In this document: positions 19,901-28,534 of the stretch, one piece after another
Numbering within the stretch: position 1 is the stretch's first letter
Layout: the number at the start of each line of letters is the position of its first letter
From: a virus
Taxonomy: Duplodnaviria > Caudoviricetes
Length of the DNA stretch: 30,723 nucleotides
Strand: one strand, 5' to 3'
Virus record (IMG/VR): IMGVR_UViG_3300047364_000195
Location: 1 to 30,723 of that record
Translations under genes and position numbers: made by a program
The notes under the pieces: generated by a model
The model's database searches: none
What the model was told of the DNA's origin: nothing
The model's input: the letters and a program-made list of their open reading frames with translations, nothing else

Positions 19901-22900
19901 AAACCATAATAAGAATTAGAAACCTGATTGCCAATTCTTCCTTCAGAAGTTTTTAATACAGCAGGAAGTTCCTTAATTCTTCTAAAATTATTTTCACCAT
20001 CTACTTTAATCTTAGAATTGTTAGAAAGGTTAATGAATGGGTTCTTATAAGACTTTCTAATGACCGTTCCTCTCCATGCCTGATCATTACCTCTTATAGT
20101 CAATTCATTATTTTCATCTTTTTCATAGACAAGACTAGAGTTGCTAACATCAATATCCAATCCAATCTCATATTGATATTTTCTAGCAATACAGAAGAAA
20201 AGTTCCGAATCTTGTAATTCTGCCTGGTTACCACTTACCTCAAAGGTAATGTCTGCTTCACCACCACCTAGATCATCAACAAATAAGTTATTAACATTAC
20301 CTATCCACATCTTTGTATTATCAGGTTTTAACTGATAACACTGAAGTGGATAACCCTTGAAAATATCTTGCCAAGTACCTTTAACAAACTCAGCAACATT
20401 AGATGTACATCTAAATGATGCCATTGCTTGTGCATAGTATAAATCTGGGTTGTAGTTATAAAGGTTTAGTATCTGCCCAACATCTCTACCATAGAGATAT
20501 CTCATATCAACCTTCATCCTATCTAAGATTGGGAATTCAAATGAAATGTTTGGACCTGATATAGTATATGACTTACCATACTTCTGTAAAACACCATTAA
20601 TGAAGACAAAGAGATTATCTTCAGATTCAATATTTTGTACTGTTTTATCTTCTAGATCTAAGATAAGGAAAGGACCACTTCTTTGATTATCAACAAGGTT
20701 TTGATCAACTGACAATCTCTTGTAATTACCAACACCAACGATAGCAACTTTTTCAACTGCAGTTGGTTCGCCTAATGTTTTAGCACCAGCATCTTGATCC
20801 CAAATAGGAGCAACATCAAAAACAATTCTGTTTGGAACAATTGTTCTATCAATATGGTATGCATCACCACCAGGATGTGTAGCAGTAAATTTGGTCTGTT
20901 GTAATACAGCATTGCTAGTTACAAAGAACCTTTCATCTTCTTCTGTAATAACTGGTGATCCATCTTCCCAAAGTAAATCAAACTCTTTGTTTACACCATC
21001 AATGAAATCTGGAATTGTCTTATCAACAGCAGTACCACCAATAACCTCACTTAGATTATCATGTAAACTATCAATAGCAGATACAACGTTGTTACACTCA
21101 ATAAATGGTAGTTGATCATCACCAATAATATTATAATTGGAATATGTTGTTAATGGAGTCCAATTACCTACTTTATTACTATTCTCTTTTGTAATCTCAA
21201 CAACACCAACACCTCTATTGAAGATATCTTCTATAATATCAATGTAAGCGTTAAGTGTAGTCTCAACTTCAACACAATATGGGAATTGACTATCAGCAGC
21301 AACAGTAGCATCAACAAATGGACTAATATTAGTGTAAGTACCAGCACCAAGAGTATTTCTCATTGCTTCGATCATAAGATCCTTAGCATAGTTAAATGCT
21401 GCAAGACTTTCATCCTTTTCATCACCAATACCAGTTAATAGTTCTCTATTAGGATAAGATGCCTTAGTCCAATAGAGTTGTGCCATCTCTACAATCTTCT
21501 CGTTACCACCATAACGAAGATGATAAACTATTCTATCAATAAGGAATCCAAGATCCCTCATGCACTTACCTTCATTCTCATTCCAAGGTACACTTGGGTA
21601 TGTTGCTTGTGCCCAACCAACAGTTTCTTCTTTAATATACTCTTTATTACCAACAATGAGATTAGAAGCATCAACAAATGTACCAGTGTTGATTGCACTC
21701 AAATAGAAGGTAGCACTTTCAATACCAGAGAATGATAAAGGAATAATCAAGTCATCACCTGGTTGTACAGAGAATTGATCTCCTAGATCTACTCTACCAG
21801 TATTTGTAGGTAGGTTCAAATCTCCAGTTGTTGTTCCACTTAAACTAGTAATTCCATCTGGAGCACCACCAGCACCAATACCAGAGTTTTGTAGTGCAGG
21901 TGCAGATAGTGTGACACTTGTAGAACTGTCTATCGAAGCAATCTTAGTTCCTAATGCAAAACCACGACCAGAACTAACATGCATACCAACAACTAGTCTA
22001 GAGGAATCCTCAACAGTCATTGTTTTAGAACCAGTAATGTATTGAACTGATTGTAAAGATAGATCCCAGTTTCTAATAGCAAGGTTTGCTAGTTTCTTAG
22101 CATAATCAAAAATATCAATAGATTCAGTCTTGTAATCACTGATATACTTTGATTTCTTAAAGATCTCAGCATAATCAACTGTCTTTGTGTTTCCACCAAA
22201 TCTAATGTCATGAGCATAAGCATCTAGTGCATATCCAAGGTCTATACTATAATCATCTAGTTTTGTACTCCAGTCTAGAGATGGATGCTTTTCTCTACCA
22301 TAACCTACTGCTTCTTGAACAATAAACTTTTTATTTTGTTCAATTTGATTTGCAGCATCTATCCATAGACCTCCACGTTGGAAAATATTTCTTGCTTTCT
22401 TAAGGTATCTGTTATTGTACTGAGAATCCTTAAAGAAGAAAGTTCTACCAATAAAGGATACACCTTTATAAGGACTCTTTGCGTTAGTTGATTGACCAGT
22501 TAATTTCTCGTTATCACCTAGAGGTGGTTGTGTGAAATTGATCTTATCTCCAGATACAGTATATGATTTAAGTGGTTCTTGGATAATACCATCAAGAGTA
22601 ACAAAACAACTTTCTGCATTAACAGGATTGAATGGATTATTATCCGTATCCCTTAGTTGGAATTGAGTTGTTCCTTGTAATCTTCCATCATTATCAAAGT
22701 ATCCATCAAATGCATTCTTCATCCACCATGGTTGACCAGCATTAATAGTTGCATCATAATAACCAGCAGTCATGTTATAGATTCTAAACTCAAATGCCTG
22801 AGTCTCATTGAAGTTAAACTCTGATGTTGCAACAGAACCAGCACCTGTTCTTAGTTTGTAGTCATTAACAGATTGAATTGACTGAGTTGTTACTTGCTTA

Positions 22901-25900
22901 GTGCTTTCAACTGTAATCCTGTTCTTTGCAGGATCCCATAATTGAAGAATAGTAAAGGAATCAGATTTAGTCTGACCCTTTGGCATTTCAACTGGAGCAT
23001 TAGTCTCAACATCAACCTGACCAAATAGTTGGAATCCAGCAGGGTGTGTAGTAGACTTAATAAGGTCTCTCCACTCTTCAATAGATGTTTTTGACTTAAC
23101 AACATAAGAGTAGTCCTGATAGAAGTAACTATCAATCAATCTTTGGTTAGCAGCACCAAGTCTACCTCTATCAGAGTTGTAGTATCCTTGATTGTCAAAG
23201 AAAGTTGTAATATCTTCAGTAAAATTAGAAACAAATACTGATTTTACTTTTGCAGTTGATTTTGAGACAAATCCTTCTAAATCTATACCTTCTCTAAGAA
23301 TACCATGAATATCTTTTAGTTTTACTAGGTTTGAACCTTTTCTAAATTCAGAAATCTTAGCAGATAAAACTTCAACACCATTTACTGTCTGTGTAACCTT
23401 TTCACCAGATTGGAATGTAAGGTCATCAGATACTATAATAGATGCAACAACTTGAGAAGTAAGATTAGATGATACAGTCTTATCTAAATGGTATGCACCA
23501 CCATTTCTAACAATATTAACACTCTGTGGTACACCAATAGAAGAACTCATTGGGAACAGTTTAGTATCTGTCTCAATAATCTTGATCTTAGGTGCATAGG
23601 TATAGTTCTTACCAATACTTCTAATAGTAACAGAGAAGATCTTACCATTTCTCTGTACTACATTAAACAAGGCATCCTGCCCATCACCTTCTACAATAAC
23701 AGCAGCAGGTTTAGAGAAATTAGAACCTAGGTTATCAAGTCTTACTGAAGTAATAGCACCAAGATTTGCATCATAAAGAACAGTTGCTTCTGCTCTAAAT
23801 TCTGCTGATGGATCAGCACCAATAATCTCTGGGGTCTTCTTATAATTCTCACCAAAATTAGTTACGGCAATTTCATGAATTTTACCTGTTGCAAATTGAC
23901 CTCTGGTAGTATACGAAATTTGCCCTGAGCCATCCCATAGTGGTTCTGTGGGTACATCATAAACAAATCTATTTGGGGTGACATATCCAAGTCTCTTTAC
24001 ACCCTGCAAAGGATCATTTGTAATTTTGAAGTATGAACCTTCAGCATTTACCTTATCATTCCTATCGAAATAGTAAAAGTATGTGAAATTCGTACCTACT
24101 TTATTAGTGTAGTCATTTTCTTCAATTCTAGGACCGAATCCAAACTTAACTTCAGTATATGATCCAACATTACCAGGTAATACATCACTTTCAAGTTTTT
24201 CTAGAGTTATGATATTAAAACTCTTACTAGGACTTATATCAAAATTAGTTCCCTGTAATGAAGTATGTGATGTATCAAACTTATACCTATAGAACTCTTG
24301 TAAATCTATATTTGGGTTTGGTACAAATGTACTATTGTCTTCTGAGAATTCAAATTTGAACTCTAAGTCAGACACAGACTCCATTGATACCAGTCTTTGT
24401 GGAGAAGAAGAATCAAAGAAGGTTGTACTATTGATAAGTTCATCAGCACTTATCTTATCAACATCATAATCATAGATTAAAGTAATTGTTTGAGTATCAC
24501 GGTCATATGATTGAATAGTACCAGAACCTATTAAATTACTAATACTAAATCCAGCATCAAAATTATAAGTTGGTTTGTATAGAGTAACCAAACCATTATT
24601 GTAATGATCTACTCTTTCTGTTCCTTCTAATTCTCTTGTTACTGATAGATCGCTACCATTAATAGCAACAATTTGCATAATCTCACTACCAACCTGTATC
24701 TTATCATTTACAGCGAATCCTTTAGGATCTGCAACTCTAATAGCAGTAGAAGTACGAGATACACCAGAGTGGTCAACATACAGTGTCAACCTAGCAGTGC
24801 TCTGAGAAGCACCAGACCTTCCTAGTTCGTCATCATCTACTGAAAGGTAGTCTCCTCTCTGATAATCAGATCCACCATCAGATAGTTGAATATCTGATAC
24901 AATACCTGCTGCAGAAACAGTGATATCTGCAGTTGCTGCTGTACCAGATCCACTAGTAAGAGGAACATTAGTATATGTGCCTTCAGTATAATCAGCACCA
25001 CCATTAAGGATAGTAAATCTGCCAATACCATTATATGCAATGGTACTAGAATTACTTGGTTCTCTAATAATTGCAGTCTGATATAATCTTTTTCTTATAT
25101 AATAGTCTTTAGTCTTAGTTGCATCATTAGGACGGATATCAATAGTTACTTCATCACCAATAGCAAGACCATGATTAACATCAGTCTCCATTAAAGCAAC
25201 ACTTTGATTTACATCAAATGGTTCTAGTCCATCACTCATTGATACAAGTGAAACTACCTTAGAACCAGATGTGTTGAATAGGTTGTTTGACTGGATGAAG
25301 TAATCATCATTAATTTCCCAAGTTCCAGTAAGAACCTTTATCTTAACAGTATTCTGCTTACTGGTGGACTCTAAAACTTCACCAGTTGCATATGGTGCAT
25401 TAACACCATCAGTAAGTCTTAAAACTGCACCAATTGTATAGTTACTATCCTGATCTACAGTAATAGTGAAAGTTTTAATATCTGCAGAGAAAGTTCCTGT
25501 GTTATTGAATGTTCCAACAACATTACGAAGAACAATAACATTATCTCCCTTAACTGTACCAACAATACTACCAGAAGCACCAGAGGCTGGTTGTCTTAAA
25601 GTATCATCAGCAAATAGATATGCACTTTGTATGGTTGTTAACTTAACAACTCTGTTTTCTTTACATTCAAGGTATTGAACATTCTCACCAGTCACAGATG
25701 AGACTAATGCTTCTGCACTGTCACCTTCAGTTCCTGTGTTGTCAAAGTATAATTTGTTGTTAATAGAGAAATTATTATGTGAATCCTGAATCTCAATACT
25801 ATCAAGAATACCTGAAGATACAGCACCAATTTCTGCAATTAGACCTTCACCATTACCTTGCATTCCAGCAACATTAAGTCTCTTTGATTTTTTAGGAATA

Positions 25901-28530
25901 TCATCTTGACTTATATCGGAATTGTAGTTACTGTCTACAGGTAGTGAATAGAATTTATCTCCTACAACGTAGGGGAATTGCGGTACTTGATTGCTATTAA
26001 CAGTAAGGAAATAAACATAAGTTCCCTCTGGAAATTCTGGGGTAACGCAAAATCGTCCATTGTTTTCATCCAGTGAACCAGTTCTATGACTATACTTATA
26101 ATCATCAATAAATGAACCTAATGGGTAATCTGTTTCACTAGGACCAAGATCCCTGTCACCACGTAAAGAATAACTAGAAGTCATCCTTATAGGTGTTGAT
26201 GTAGCATCTAGTGGATCACTATAACCAAATGGACCATATATGGGGTTACCATCATAAGCAAAACCAATGATAGGTGAGTGAGTCTTAATTGTTGGTTCTG
26301 AATCAGCACTGTCTAAGTTATCACCTAATTCAACTCTAAGTTTCTTAGGGTTTGCTAATTGAGCATAACCATTGGCCAATGAAAGGTTAGAGTTAGGAAA
26401 AAGGAAACCATACTGAGTATCCATAACTCCCTTATACTTCTCAAACCTGTTCTTTATCCATTCTTTAAGCAAAGGTGTTGCTTCTCCATCTGAACCAACT
26501 GGAATAATATCAACTTGAATATTTGCTTGTGAATAAAGTGTACCACCAGCAACTTTATTAATAGATGTAATCTGACCAGCAGTATTAACCTCAGTAGTAT
26601 ACTCAGCAAAACGTCCTTTACCTGCCAAGTCTACAATTCTAACTGTAGGAGGTGCTGAATAAAACTTACCAGGATCATCAAGAGTGATACTAGTAACTTC
26701 ACCACCTGTAACAACAGCAGTTGCCTTACCACCTCTACCAGAGGTTACTTCTATTGATGGTGTCTGTGGAAAAATATCTGTGGTATCTACTTCAATACGA
26801 TCAATAACATTACCAATAAGGAATGCATTTGCTCTACCAGCTAAACCATCAACTAATACAAAAGGAGGAACAGTATAGTTTCTTCCTTTATTATCAACTC
26901 TAATAGACTCAAGTACACCAAAGCGAATAGATTCAGAATCCTTGTAACCATATACAGGTACACCGTTTATAAGTATTCCAACATCTCTAGATGGTGTCTT
27001 ATAGATCTCAGTAGTTGAGATTGGTCTCTTACGAAGGATTCTAAGTTGCTTCTGATCCTTAACTGCTTTATCAACTTCTAGAACATCTAGAATGTTATAA
27101 GAAGGATATGAGGAACTAGCAATGTAATAATATTGGTCATCTTCCAAAATAGCAGAAACATTGGTAGATACACCGCTGAGATCCGTTGCTATGACTGGGT
27201 TTGTAGAGACTGATACTGGTCCTAAATTATTAAGTTTCCATCTTACCTGATTCGTATTAATATCAATAATACGTGGATCTGCAGTTAGGAAACCAGGAAC
27301 AGACTCCTGTACCTTATCACCAACAACTGAATATGGTTCACTAGTAGTAGGTGCTATATTATACACCATACCCAGTGTAAGTAATGTTACACCGTCACCA
27401 AGAATCAAAGAAGGTTTGTATACCTCTTTACCTGCTAGGAATGTTAATGGAAGTGAACCTCTCTTCTCAATAACAAACTGTGATATGTTCTTATCACTAA
27501 ATTCAATAACCTCTTCACCAATAAGAACAGAACCAATATTGTCCCATCCTATAGTAGATGCAACATTGATTCTATCGCCTTGTGTAGCACCATCGGTTAA
27601 TGAGGAAGTTAATTTTGTTTTGGTTGAGATATTAAACTCACCAGTTACAGTCTCTGGTGCAAGTACAATATTCCAAACTCTTTCACCATCAGCATTACTA
27701 TCTTCAAATACGTTATCTACAGTTGCCTGAACAAAAGGATCAGTCTGATTAATTACTTTACCAACTAAACTCTTTGGATCACCAGAGATGACCTTAACCT
27801 TAAGTGAATAGATGTTAATCCAGTCAGACTCAGATGCCTTGTATGTAAAATCTCTTGGTTTGTATATTTCTGGTTTATCGTCAATATCCTTAGCAACAAT
27901 AGTATTGAAGATAAACTTAATGGAAGAAGTAGTACCTTTTGACTTGTAGAACTTCTGAATGTTCTTAATAAGGGTTCTCTTGTCTACTTCACCCTTAAGA
28001 TACTTCTCAGGGAATGATCCTAGGTACTGACTCTCAAAATTCTTTACAAATGCATAGAGGAAGAGGTTACTAACGTTATGTACCTTCTTACCTCCACTGT
28101 GTGCTGCTGCATCAGTGCTATTAAAGTCAGAAGACTCATATAGGTCTCCTAGGGAGGTATTACCACTAACACCCCTTACACACCCTTCTAGGGTAGTATC
28201 AGTGCGAGTGTCATAAAAGATTATTTCATCATCAATTTTAATATAACCATTCTGCTCAGGGAATGAAGAGGCATCCTCTAGAACAATGGTTGTGTCACTA
28301 TCTGAAATATTAGATACTAGAACATCATTCTGCTTAAGAAGGTTCTGTTCATAGTAATCAATGTCTGCATACTTCTGGATATTACTGATTACATCTAGAG
28401 TACCGCCTTGTACCTCCTGAGCTTCATAATACTTCTGTATGAACTTACTAAAAAGTTCATACTCAGTAGTGATGAATTCTGGAAGTTGTGTCTCAATAAG
28501 AGTTGAAATTCTCTTTGTCTTGACGGTCAT
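16972..28530 (-). CDS. gp7: Baseplate wedge initiator gp7 (giant multidomain form, 3852 aa)
   Basis: Lies between gp6 and gp8. N-terminal ISTLIETQLPEFI...LIKNIQKFYKSKGT..SIKFIF and internal DSYFYQDYSYVVKS...W...I....HPAGF are gp7-type motifs. Accessory modules include YHYH-like, phycobiliprotein-like and LamG-like domains. Confidence 0.88.
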   Translation of the reverse strand: MTVKTKRISTLIETQLPEFITTEYELFSKFIQKYYEAQEVQGGTLDVISNIQKYADIDYYEQNLLKQNDVLVSNISDSDTTIVLEDASSFPEQNGYIKIDDEIIFYDTRTDTTLEGCVRGVSGNTSLGDLYESSDFNSTDAAAHSGGKKVHNVSNLFLYAFVKNFESQYLGSFPEKYLKGEVDKRTLIKNIQKFYKSKGTTSSIKFIFNTIVAKDIDDKPEIYKPRDFTYKASESDWINIYSLKVKVISGDPKSLVGKVINQTDPFVQATVDNVFEDSNADGERVWNIVLAPETVTGEFNISTKTKLTSSLTDGATQGDRINVASTIGWDNIGSVLIGEEVIEFSDKNISQFVIEKRGSLPLTFLAGKEVYKPSLILGDGVTLLTLGMVYNIAPTTSEPYSVVGDKVQESVPGFLTADPRIIDINTNQVRWKLNNLGPVSVSTNPVIATDLSGVSTNVSAILEDDQYYYIASSSYPSYNILDVLEVDKAVKDQKQLRILRKRPISTTEIYKTPSRDVGILINGVPVYGYKDSESIRFGVLESIRVDNKGRNYTVPPFVLVDGLAGRANAFLIGNVIDRIEVDTTDIFPQTPSIEVTSGRGGKATAVVTGGEVTSITLDDPGKFYSAPPTVRIVDLAGKGRFAEYTTEVNTAGQITSINKVAGGTLYSQANIQVDIIPVGSDGEATPLLKEWIKNRFEKYKGVMDTQYGFLFPNSNLSLANGYAQLANPKKLRVELGDNLDSADSEPTIKTHSPIIGFAYDGNPIYGPFGYSDPLDATSTPIRMTSSYSLRGDRDLGPSETDYPLGSFIDDYKYSHRTGSLDENNGRFCVTPEFPEGTYVYFLTVNSNQVPQFPYVVGDKFYSLPVDSNYNSDISQDDIPKKSKRLNVAGMQGNGEGLIAEIGAVSSGILDSIEIQDSHNNFSINNKLYFDNTGTEGDSAEALVSSVTGENVQYLECKENRVVKLTTIQSAYLFADDTLRQPASGASGSIVGTVKGDNVIVLRNVVGTFNNTGTFSADIKTFTITVDQDSNYTIGAVLRLTDGVNAPYATGEVLESTSKQNTVKIKVLTGTWEINDDYFIQSNNLFNTSGSKVVSLVSMSDGLEPFDVNQSVALMETDVNHGLAIGDEVTIDIRPNDATKTKDYYIRKRLYQTAIIREPSNSSTIAYNGIGRFTILNGGADYTEGTYTNVPLTSGSGTAATADITVSAAGIVSDIQLSDGGSDYQRGDYLSVDDDELGRSGASQSTARLTLYVDHSGVSRTSTAIRVADPKGFAVNDKIQVGSEIMQIVAINGSDLSVTRELEGTERVDHYNNGLVTLYKPTYNFDAGFSISNLIGSGTIQSYDRDTQTITLIYDYDVDKISADELINSTTFFDSSSPQRLVSMESVSDLEFKFEFSEDNSTFVPNPNIDLQEFYRYKFDTSHTSLQGTNFDISPSKSFNIITLEKLESDVLPGNVGSYTEVKFGFGPRIEENDYTNKVGTNFTYFYYFDRNDKVNAEGSYFKITNDPLQGVKRLGYVTPNRFVYDVPTEPLWDGSGQISYTTRGQFATGKIHEIAVTNFGENYKKTPEIIGADPSAEFRAEATVLYDANLGAITSVRLDNLGSNFSKPAAVIVEGDGQDALFNVVQRNGKIFSVTIRSIGKNYTYAPKIKIIETDTKLFPMSSSIGVPQSVNIVRNGGAYHLDKTVSSNLTSQVVASIIVSDDLTFQSGEKVTQTVNGVEVLSAKISEFRKGSNLVKLKDIHGILREGIDLEGFVSKSTAKVKSVFVSNFTEDITTFFDNQGYYNSDRGRLGAANQRLIDSYFYQDYSYVVKSKTSIEEWRDLIKSTTHPAGFQLFGQVDVETNAPVEMPKGQTKSDSFTILQLWDPAKNRITVESTKQVTTQSIQSVNDYKLRTGAGSVATSEFNFNETQAFEFRIYNMTAGYYDATINAGQPWWMKNAFDGYFDNDGRLQGTTQFQLRDTDNNPFNPVNAESCFVTLDGIIQEPLKSYTVSGDKINFTQPPLGDNEKLTGQSTNAKSPYKGVSFIGRTFFFKDSQYNNRYLKKARNIFQRGGLWIDAANQIEQNKKFIVQEAVGYGREKHPSLDWSTKLDDYSIDLGYALDAYAHDIRFGGNTKTVDYAEIFKKSKYISDYKTESIDIFDYAKKLANLAIRNWDLSLQSVQYITGSKTMTVEDSSRLVVGMHVSSGRGFALGTKIASIDSSTSVTLSAPALQNSGIGAGGAPDGITSLSGTTTGDLNLPTNTGRVDLGDQFSVQPGDDLIIPLSFSGIESATFYLSAINTGTFVDASNLIVGNKEYIKEETVGWAQATYPSVPWNENEGKCMRDLGFLIDRIVYHLRYGGNEKIVEMAQLYWTKASYPNRELLTGIGDEKDESLAAFNYAKDLMIEAMRNTLGAGTYTNISPFVDATVAADSQFPYCVEVETTLNAYIDIIEDIFNRGVGVVEITKENSNKVGNWTPLTTYSNYNIIGDDQLPFIECNNVVSAIDSLHDNLSEVIGGTAVDKTIPDFIDGVNKEFDLLWEDGSPVITEEDERFFVTSNAVLQQTKFTATHPGGDAYHIDRTIVPNRIVFDVAPIWDQDAGAKTLGEPTAVEKVAIVGVGNYKRLSVDQNLVDNQRSGPFLILDLEDKTVQNIESEDNLFVFINGVLQKYGKSYTISGPNISFEFPILDRMKVDMRYLYGRDVGQILNLYNYNPDLYYAQAMASFRCTSNVAEFVKGTWQDIFKGYPLQCYQLKPDNTKMWIGNVNNLFVDDLGGGEADITFEVSGNQAELQDSELFFCIARKYQYEIGLDIDVSNSSLVYEKDENNELTIRGNDQAWRGTVIRKSYKNPFINLSNNSKIKVDGENNFRRIKELPAVLKTSEGRIGNQVSNSYYGFVNVEAYNGVTRGEGLSVVATIENGSVTKLTWNQRSYDPITQPTAYQYYTPPVLNFIPTNGQGGGARARVIVSKGQVLSVDLTDGGSGYTEAPKIIVARSYQVEKENDIGVSLIDLKINAVVALSLNMSSTIDLLANQVSGINTLSSIFFRSPVDEVKDITAHIWPADQAVSEDLTGGITAPLLKLTEAQQEDVPVINTFHNFTEINGYIDMGEIIDIRSGSSVYYLDVAKVITTTVQTEIYNTSLDNVNQYENAAFLNVPLDIGDVIAYVADTSKFKSNGYLLIGDEVVRYLRKGTDRFISVQRAQDGTTEKNWNAGTYLRQIPDPSVTVAYGGIAMVESQAATVEMGGIASGLGGGSETGQDRNRTTQVITPDVKKARVEQQIEVRVNKDIAVDSISALETQVNYKLETFAVNVTPGTLQYNATVATQQVQIEPLITIQQITKDIEADLQIIDVVDSLKSVTVEAIKTVPSEYTATTEETKHNITIVAGEIQKVITEISVQRDALELLIIPPPTGAIDGYLETVFITDPIETRLNGFVELDPKTYPVTQRDGTIIYPINSVAGADTGYIGQYAKTNAGPTLGSWDYVSFDDGAANVSGFTLESLQRLYPALTINDFVERADSSFTTAGDYFNLSTPSIQNPLAISATTQPLGTAGVNALDIVVNSTVNFPDTGYLFHQSFGVSGPTGFLWEQKVYGGGTVNLETTADKKFGTTSVFLDETAGTSDGSFLSSVGTDTELGDGDFTIEFWANREVINIGGTTSAGLFYYGGNALTGAAWENTGVFQYFLPQFGFSIYMQNTQQTNTCNMTFYNGGDQSFTAIGNLLPVWTHFAIVRESGTIKVYVDGVEKVSKANTQNYTLAGAAADSNAWSVGGNAMIQIGSSNIATGLDCFHGYIDGVHVSNIARYSGTFAPPTAQQNPDANTISYEDFEVSVPGQTGVIEYTGKNANTFTGCVQYRGDNQIGVDAEIVPFTID

Positions 28531-28534
28531 TTAA

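Noticed and set aside
6947-25040. Short alternative-frame minus-strand ORFs (e.g. 6947-7174, 9002-9202, 12299-12556, 18939-19325)
   Set aside because: They are Leu-rich off-frame translations nested in large genes; no slippery site or RBS was noticed.
27076-27092. Inverted repeat TTCTAGA-ACA-TCTAGAA
   Set aside because: It is short, AT-rich, within coding sequence and has no U-tract; compatible with chance.
16972-28530. Possible intein, intron or homing endonuclease explaining the size of gp7 or VrlC
   Set aside because: No Hint (C...HN-C/S/T), LAGLIDADG, HNH or GIY-YIG motifs were seen; the size is explained by structural repeats.
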